Source: the human T2T-CHM13v2.0 reference genome, Homo sapiens. Taken from it: 64,000 nt of DNA. A model generated the notes under the pieces. The model was not told the DNA's origin. It saw only the letters and a list, made by a program, of their open reading frames with translations, and searched no databases. Shown in pieces: positions 55,490-64,000 of this stretch (its first letter is position 1; each line of letters opens with the position of its first letter). The position numbers and the translations under genes were made by a program. The DNA lies in the NCBI RefSeq assembly GCF_009914755.1, contig NC_060937.1; one strand, 5' to 3'.

Positions 55490-55700
55490 ACAATGGACCA
55501 GTCCTGGACTTTAGAATTCCACAGATACAGATTCCAATCTAGCTGTTTGTCAGCTACATCATCTTAAGCAAGTTATCTCACCTCTGGACTCCAAGTTTCC
55601 TCATCAGCAAAATGGTAACAACACTGAGTAGCACTCAGAACTGCTGTGAGGCTAAAGTGAAGTCACACACTCGATACACTGCCTAGGTTGCCGCCATTAA
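55490..55700 (+). mobile_element. MIR
   Basis: GCAAGTTATCTCACCTCTGGACTCCAAGTTTCCTCATCAGCAAAATGG. Confidence 0.75.
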
Positions 55701-56489
55701 TATAGCTTATTTATCCTCTCTCCTCTCTCTGTCTCACATTTAGCATGACCCCTTTCATAAGACCAACCTTGATAATGGTGTTTCAGTATATAAAACCCTG
55801 TTGTAAAGTTAATGGCCAAACATCAACTTTATTTACAATGACTCAATTTCCCCTCTACTAACATTAAACTTATTTATTCATGGTCTAGAGATAGGTTGTT
55901 ATGCATAGCAGGTGTTCAATAAATTTTGATAATTTTAGAAAAAAAATTTCCAGGGAATTGAAGCTCACTCTTTTAGGCACTAATACTCTCTTCATTTGAA
56001 AGCTTTCAAAAATATACTATACCCTCAACCACTATGCTGAGCAGCAGGTTGAAAGAACTCTAACCTCTTCTTGACTCAGTTATCAACATGAACTTAGACT
56101 TAACACCGTAATGAAAAATAATAATTCCTTGAGGGTTTTTTAAGTCAGTAGATCTGCTCGTACCAAATGTTCCCAGATTTCTATGCCATGATCATTTCTT
56201 CCATTTCTTCCTGTGGTCAGCAGCATGAGACACTGGGGAATGAACAAGATCAAGTCCCTGTCATCTTTGAGGGTTTACCAGGAACAATTCCCAGCTATTT
56301 CTTATCTGTGGCCTCATGACACACACACACGTTTTGGTAAAAGCTTCAAGGAGGGACCCTAGTCAAAGGAGGACTGCTCCATCCCTCATGTTTTACACAT
56401 AATACCTACTCAACAATATTTAGGAAGTGAACTGAGTAAACAGTATGTAACTTTTGTAATTAGTATTTGGAGATAAAAACTATTTGTAG

Positions 56490-56625
56490 TTTCTATTTGG
56501 AGATGTTTTTCTAACCCATGGCTAGGCCCTTTACTCATTTGTGGCTACATTTCTTCATCTTTAAGATAAGACAATTGGGTTAAATTATCCCTAAGATCCT
56601 TTTCAACACTTATATTCTATGATCT
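56490..56625 (+). mobile_element. MIR3-like fragment
   Basis: TTTCTTCATCTTTAAGATAAGACAATTGGGTTAAATTATCCCTAAGATCCTTTTCAACACTTATATTCTATGA. Confidence 0.6.
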
Positions 56626-57439
56626 AATACTCCAAAGCTCCAGATGATAGAACTGCTGGAAATATGACCACTGGATAAGTGAGGTATTAGAGGACATAAT
56701 GAATAAACAATGCATCCTTTGCCTTCAAATGCAAAATCCTATCAAAAAGATATTATCTGCATATCATGGAAACAAATGCCCAAAAGATTAGCTTTCTTAC
56801 TTCTTTCTCTCACCTGAATACCATATACAAGAGTAGACATATTGACCTTGGAGTGTAAACATACTGACCTTTTTATTTTCCTTGTGTCAAATGTTCATAA
56901 TAAATGAAAAACCTAACATATCTCAAAAGAAGTCAACTGCATTCAGGCAAATACAACCCTAAAGGGGTTTTTCTCATAACTAAATGCAGTAATGCAATGC
57001 TTCACTACCTTTTGTTCATAGTTATTTCCTCAAACACCACTTGGTTCATATACTAATTTATTCACATATTTGTTTAGTGTTCCAGTTTTACTCTTTATAC
57101 AGAAATGAAATCCAACTTTCTTAAAGTATGGTTTAACTGTATTAAAACTAAAACTTCTAAATTAAAAGAAGTTTCATAAGTGTACACAGAAAAGAAGTAG
57201 ATGCTTTCAAATAACAAGTCAAATATTTTTCAACAAGTACCTTGGGAAGGCATTCTGAGAACAGCTTTGCCCCTAGAGGCCCAGGGCAAGAGAAGTCATG
57301 GACAACTCTCTATTCCAGATAGGATGGTGTTCCTTCAGTTCAATTCAAAGTATACCTTCCTCAAGCACTATACCAATTCTAAAGGGGATAAAAAATGAAA
57401 AAATACATCATCTCTGCCTTGGAGAAGATGCAGCAAGAC

Positions 57440-57680
57440 TGAGTGCATAGGGTAATGACATTGGAAAATGATGTCCCAGGATCAGATCCCAACTTCACCA
57501 TAATTAACTGTAAAACTTCGGCAAGTTATTTAACCTCTCTGATTCAGTGTCCTTATCTGCATAATGGTGATGATAACAGTACCCACCTCATTGAGTTGTT
57601 ATGAGGATTAAATGGAGAATTACTCCTAAAGCATTAAGAATGATTCCCAGCACACAGCAAGTACTCAAGGTTAGTATCAT
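57440..57680 (+). mobile_element. MIR
   Basis: GGCAAGTTATTTAACCTCTCTGATTCAGTGTCCTTATCTGCATAATGGTGATGATAACAGTACCCACCTCATTGAGTTGTTATGAGGATTAAATG. Confidence 0.9.
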
Positions 57681-58149
57681 CCCTGTGAACATACAACCCA
57701 TGAACTATTTTTTTATAAGTAAAACTGAAGCTATAACAGATGTCAGGAAATGAAAAGACAAAAACAATCTGGAAAATTATTTTTCCAACCTTCATCATTA
57801 TTCTTGTGTCTTCCTGATGAATCCTAACTACAACTATTCCTCAGAGAGATATAGAGATAGCAGAGAATGGAGGTGTGAAGAAAGAAAAAACAGAGAAACA
57901 AGAAAGGAGAGAAAGAGAGAGCAAACAGGAGGTGCATTTCTGTATTATCCAAAGCCATTAGAAAGGCAGACACTGAACTAAAGTTGGAGAGAAGGCCACA
58001 CTTGCTGCAGCCCTGCCCTGCCCCTTTCCCTTCTCCTCTCAGAAACTCCTTCCTCAAGCATTGAGCTACCACACTTTTGTCCTAACCATTTCTGTGCTTT
58101 TCTTTCCCATTTATACTTTTGTTTTATAGAATATGAGGAGAGACTTTAT

Positions 58150-58320
58150 ATGTTTTATAGAATGGAAAAGGCTTTAGAAGTCACCACCTAACACAATCCT
58201 CTCAATTTATACATGAGAAAAACTAAGGGCCTGTAAGACAAAGACATTTGTCCTGGGTTGTATAGCTCTATAATGGCACAAACAAAATCAAAACTGGACT
58301 CCCTAAGTCCACGCCATTTC
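58150..58320 (-). mobile_element. MIR3/MIR fragment
   Basis: GGAAAAGGCTTTAGAAGTCACCACCTAACACAATCCTCTCAATTTATACATGAGAAAAACTAAGGGCC. Confidence 0.65.
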
Positions 58321-58609
58321 CCTTAGGACAACAAAATGTATACATTTACCCAAAAGCAATATGGCTAGCCTTTATCCCATATGGCAGATATTTAAATTTT
58401 TCTCTTGGGAAGAAAATCTTGAGAATTTTTTTTAAATGAGTTAACAAGAATCTTACTGTTTTTAATTTAATAAATGTGTTTTATTATTGACTTTATTGCT
58501 TGCTAAGCCTGAAATCAGATTTCTCTATGTTTGGGTATGTCTTGTCTAACCAATAACAGGACAACCAGACTGCAATTAAACAGATATTCCCACTTGGGCC
58601 ATAATGCAT

Positions 58610-58611
<2 letters not shown>

Positions 58612-58657
<46 letters not shown>
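58612..58657. repeat. (AC)23 perfect microsatellite
   Basis: Directly visible. Confidence 0.98.
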
Positions 58658-58659
<2 letters not shown>

Positions 58660-60958
58660 TCAGGAGGCACTTAAAGTTTCAGCACATTCTCGTTGTCACT
58701 TTTCTGGCCTGTTTAGGAGAAGGAGATATTAAATATTAAAAGGCTCTTCTAATATACAGACTTCAAATCATTTATCTTCCAAAGGAGGAACAAGTTTCTT
58801 GTCATTTCCTCATATGCTATTTCTAACCCCACTGCCTGCCCATTGTACTCCATAAGTTTTCATATCTGTGCTCAGAATGTCCTTACTATGCTTTGCCCAG
58901 ATCAGGTATACGGCCTCCTAAACGTTCACTGCTCCTTACTCCCAGCCTTCAACTCCATAATGAACGACTGAGGCTCTGAAATCAGAGCCTTATAATAATA
59001 TATTTTTTAAATGGAGCCAATAACTATACTTTTCTGTTGTTGTTATATGTCAGATCTTTAAGTATAAGGATCTGGATAAAGCAAACATTTTAAAACAAAC
59101 AAAGCCTCCTGGTTTGCTTATACTCTCCCCATTTCTCTAGTATTCAAGGTAGCTATCTTCTCTTCCATTCACTATGTGGGGCTTCATAAAAGGTATGAAC
59201 TCACTGTGACTAAAGGAAAGGTTTTGGCAGTCTTCTCACACTTGTTTAGATAATAGGAACATCTGAATCTGGGCCACTAAAACCAACTCAGTTCCACGGT
59301 CTAAATAGGTGTTTACTTTTAGTAGGCTAGACCTGCAGAAGGCCACTTTACTAGAACCATGCTTGGTAAGTATTATTTACATGGATCTATACTACTACTA
59401 CTATGTGTTTTGTTTTCCTTTTTCTGTTAATTTTTCTTTCACAGCAAATGCAGGCTGGCCACCATGGGTGGTGGCAGTTGTAGTTACCATTCTCATTCAT
59501 AAGAAATTCAATAATAGAAAAAGTAGAATTCAACATTACAAAAAAAATTGCAAAAATTAAACACTCAAAGCTCAGAAAGAGTTGAGCCAAGATTTGAAAG
59601 TTTCTAAGGAAGGGGAAAAAAAACCACATTGCTGCATCCTCCTACCCTGCATGCCAGCTAGCAGTGGCAGTTCAGTCTCTCCAGATGCCTCTCAGAAAAA
59701 GAAATGCCACAAATATAACAGGAGTTGAGATCCTGGGGGAGCCAATTAGATTTAAGGTGCTTTCAAAATTCTGTAAAAGAAAAAAAGGCATTAGAAAAAA
59801 CCTGGCACTTGAAATGACATTTTATGTGTTCCGCTTAGGGCCTTTGGAATACTACTCATATAAGGGCTGGTTGCCATGCTTATAAAATAAACTTTGGGTT
59901 TTTAATATAACAGAACAAAATCATTAGCTAGTAAAACAAACTTAGCTTCAGAGGGAGAATGTGGCACGTCAAATCTAAGGTATCTCATCCTTTATCTTTG
60001 GAATTGTCAGCCAAAATAAGACAAATCAGGCCAAGGTCAATGGCAGACACTCTACTGAGAAACTCTCCTCCTAAGACTGGCTGTTGTGTAGTACTTTGAG
60101 GTTCTGGCACTTGTCAAGCAATTATTTGGGGGTGAGCTGCAAGGCAACAGAAATTTTCAGGCCCCCCACCCAACACCATACCAGTTCCTCAATTGCCTTT
60201 CGATATCCCATGACAAGAGAGGTAGGGGTTGGGAAGGAAATGGGGAGCTCAGAAGGGACTGCAGTGTCTCCACAGTTACAGAAGCAGGTCTGGGGTCCAG
60301 CTGGTGATGGGGAGAGATGCACTACACTAATGTAATGGCTATTTGTCAGTCCATTATCATCTTTCCCAATGAGATGCAGGGCAGATGCATCAAAGACAAG
60401 AGAATCAGACAAAAGACAGTGAGATTTAAAAATACACCAACTTCAGTTGGGTTTTTGGGATGATTTCTTTTCATCCCAAGATGAAACAGCCACAGATCCA
60501 CCTCCAAACTGGAGGCTCAACCAGGCTGTCTCCTCAGAGCCCCACTCACTCATTCACCTTCTCTTTAATAGGGTATGAAAGCAGTCAGGTCCAAGAAGCC
60601 AGCACAGGGGTATGTGCCCTCCTGAAAAACATTCCAGGGCTACAGGACAAAGACAACTTTTTGTTCTACCGTGTAGTTGAATGTCTTGGCGACACCACCT
60701 TGACCTCCTCCTCCTGGTAGAGGGGTGGTTATTTCACTGCCTCTGGCCAGAATTCAAGTCTATAAATATGTATTTAGACATGGTTCTGTGTCAGCCACTG
60801 AACCATGTGTCGCAAAGGACACTATGGGAAGAGAACTCATATTCTGCCTCCATAGATTACCCTCTAAGCTAATGAAGATGTACATGTCTGTAAAGGAAGC
60901 AACTTTACTTGCTGAAACCCTGTTATTTCCAAGGCCTACCTTAAAATGTAACCTACTC

Positions 60959-61042
60959 TGCAGTGAGCAGAGATCGCGCCACTGCACTCCAGCCTGGGCG
61001 AAAGAGCGAGACTCTGTCTCAAAAAAAAAAAAAAAAAAAAAA
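60959..61042 (+). mobile_element. Severely 5'-truncated young Alu (AluY-like) with perfect 16 bp TSD
   Basis: 62 nt of Alu 3' end plus A22; TSD AAAATGTAACCTACTC at 60943-60958 and 61039-61054; TT/AAAA endonuclease site; CpGs retained. Confidence 0.95.
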
Positions 61043-62800
61043 TGTAACCTACTCCATAAGGTTGTCCTAACCAGAAACAACATCTCCCTCACTTGAGCTC
61101 CTATGTCCTTGTCTATCTTCTATTTTAGCCGTTTATGAAATTGTCTTATTGCCCCTTTAAATTCTTTAAGCAGTGATATTTTAATAACTGGTAAGAGCAA
61201 TATGTCAGAAGATGTCAAGTTCTTGACTATGTGGTAGACATAGGTATCTCAATTATTGAGGAAACAAAGTGGTCAGAAAGGATTTCACTCAGCTATATTT
61301 GATGGGACACTAAAATTGAATTGTCTAGAGGAAGGTTTTAAATTAAGTAAGAAGATGAGCAAAAGTCAGATGTCCCAGGATGTCTCCTAGCACAGATATT
61401 TAAAATGTAGGAAGTTCTGACAACCTTCTGAGTGGCCATGAAGGGTGATCCAAAGTCCTTTTATAGCAGATTCATCAGTCCCATGATAGCACCTCTAATC
61501 CACACTAGTGACAGTAACAACTGGAGAATAATAATATATTTGTTTTTGAGGCCCTGGAACATCTCTGAGGACTATCGCCCTACAGAGAACAGGTAATCTT
61601 CAGAAGCACTTGAATTCCCATGTTTACATTTACCACAGCGACTGATATGACCTCTTTGGAGGGAAGGAACAAGTAAGAGCTAAACTAAGCCAATGCTTCT
61701 TTCTGCATAGTAGCCATAGTCAACCATAGACAGCGAAAGTTGTGTCTCTTTACAGATTTTTTGGAGCAATATTTTCCCTAATTACAAAATAGGAATGCAT
61801 ATGTTATACTCAGTCAAACCAAAAAAAATAATGATCATAGCTAAATAATACCACTATAAATATTTGAACTTTGTAATGGTTTTCAAAGAAGTAGTATTTA
61901 GAATGTCTCTTTAGAACTGCTAGTTTTTAGAAATTACTGTCCCTTAAGCATTTACTTTCTTTTTGGCCTTACTGTGTAAATCATGCTGCTCTTCCTCGAT
62001 TTCCCAGGATCCCCAAGGCTGTGCTCTACAATGCTTGCTTTAAATAAAACTTGGTGCCAAAGAGTCTGCCGCAGCTTTCAAGTTCACCCGGACGACACTT
62101 TCCTACAATGGGTCTCTTCATACTTCACTATATCCGGATCTAGTTGATCCGCATTTTCTGCACAAAGTCTCACTTCCCAGCAATTGCAATCTGCATCTTG
62201 CATAGTTTCCTTCTATTCCCCTGGGTAGCTTGCTGCCAGGAAGGCAGAGGAGAAGAGGAGCTTTTTGATGCTAACAAGGCCTCTGTGTAGGACTCATAGC
62301 TAATGGTAAGGAGTTGAGTATGGCATTTCTCAGGGGAGCCCAGGTGAGTGAAAGTGTAAGGGCACAGCTGACAGCCATGTGCGTACCTCGCTGCTGGCCT
62401 AAAGTAGGTCCTCCAGCCTCTGAGCAGTAACCTGTTCATGCCTTACATCATGAAAAAATGAGTCAGTGCACTTGGCAACTCATGCCCTAAAATAGGTAAG
62501 GCCTGAACTCAAAAGGAAATTCTGAAAGAAAGGCATTATATGGTGACAGGTTTTTTTTTAAGTTGCCGGTGGTAGGATAAAAGCTAATGAATTATGAACA
62601 TCTGTATTATTCTGCTGTCTTCCTCCTTCTGGACTTTTAGATGACTGTAAGCTCAACTTTGAGCTCAGCTAGTATTTTCTCCTGGGCATTCTGAGAAATG
62701 AGAACACATTTGCCTGCTGGGAGGCATACCCATTACTTATCAAATTAGCCCTCCTCGAGAATCTAACAGACTTGTCACTGCCTTTAGAAATCCCAGAAGG

Positions 62801-62802
<2 letters not shown>

Positions 62803-62840
<38 letters not shown>
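62803..62840. repeat. (AC)19 perfect microsatellite
   Basis: Directly visible. Confidence 0.98.
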
Positions 62841-62842
<2 letters not shown>

Positions 62843-63054
62843 CATGGTTGAAACACTCAGAAATCTCTTAATATATGTGAAGTCTTGGCCAACATACAGC
62901 AACCAAGGAGTCAAAAGTCATGTATGAGTCCTTAGGGATAATCTTTAAGCAGGCTCTTGCCACTGTCATGATTGGAATAGCAAAGGAAAAGCACCTGACC
63001 TTCTAAACAAAGAAGAAACAAATCAGTAAAGCTTAGATATTGGGACTTAATAAC

Positions 63055-63260
63055 AAAAGATAACCTTAAGTAGCTCTCGGGATATACCAGGACTTTATTT
63101 GTGTTATCTCATTTAATCCTCATGATAATATCTTGAGGTAGACTGGTAGTATTAATATTCTCATTTTTTAAGATGAGAAAATCAAAGTGTAGGAAGCTTT
63201 AGTAACTCATTCAAGTCTCCCCAGTTAATCAGAGATGGGATGTGAATGCATGCTATCAAT
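63055..63260 (-). mobile_element. MIR
   Basis: TTATCTCATTTAATCCTCATGATAATATCTTGAGGTAG...TTCTCATTTTTAAGATGAGAAAATCAAAG. Confidence 0.85.
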
Positions 63261-64000
63261 TACTTCTGCTTATCAGTGGTCAATGATATTTTCTATCAGG
63301 ATTAGCCTACATCCAATAAATTTTGAAAGATGAAGGAAAAGATGAGCAGAAAAAAAATGCAGGAGTTCCTTATTTTTTAACAAAGTGAAGATAATACAGG
63401 GAAAGAACACAATGTCAGTCCATTTCTGTGTTATCTGGCTTACTGAGGCAAAAGGAGGTTCTGAACTCGAACCATATGAATGTTGACCCACAAAGACCAG
63501 GGTTTGTTCTTAGCTAAGTGAGTCTTTGGTTAAAGATTCTCACATAGACTCTGAGACCTTACACACATGGTATGACACTCATTCAAATGCAATTTTCCCC
63601 ATTTGGCTATTTCAAGTAGTCAACACACAGAAACTGCGTTTTCCTCCTGTGTCTCCTTGGGGAGGTCAGGGAGGGGTGGTGACATCATGGGAACAGTGTC
63701 TGTCTTCTCTCCTATGACTCATCCGAGTATGTCAAAGAAATGCTGCTAATGCTAGTCCTGCAGCATGAATTATCCTATCTGCCAAGCAAACTCATGTGGA
63801 AAACAGCATACTCTCTCCATCACAGCCCCAAAGAAAGGTAGAAAAGGCAGCAATGAAAAACTACTCATGCAAAACCAAAGCACAAGAGAAGTGAACTTTA
63901 CTCACTTCCTCCGCTCCTCACAAAAAAGTATATATACATTTCCATTTTCATGTTGCCAGAAATAGGTAACGACGGAATTTGATTCCTCCTCTGTGCTCTC

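Overview
AT-rich, CpG-depleted primate (most likely human or great ape) non-coding DNA. Roughly 40% by eye is interspersed repeat: about 11 Alus (J, S and Y classes, several with visible target-site duplications), an L1PBa 5' UTR nested in a near-full-length ancient L1MC/MD, a HAL1/L1ME-like element, many L2 and MIR fragments, six solo LTRs (MLT1D, MLT2, MLT1B, THE1, MER39-like, one unassigned), four DNA-transposon fossils (MER104, MER58A, Tigger1 derivative, MER5A) and microsatellites. I cannot support any protein-coding gene, rRNA, tRNA or CRISPR array: the supplied ORFs are repeat-derived or chance frames. The best leads are modest: (i) several minus-strand exon-like units (strongest at 44399-44464) together with an all-plus orientation of the solo LTRs, hinting at a minus-strand host transcript or lncRNA; (ii) an ~800 bp unique-looking block with paired AP-1 sites and splice donors that replaces part of an old L1; (iii) a POU/octamer motif cluster; (iv) a young-looking, severely truncated Alu; (v) several palindromes and tandem duplications. 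I see no evidence for a new multi-gene system. Repeat subfamily names come from recalled consensus sequences, and boundaries of old repeats are approximate.
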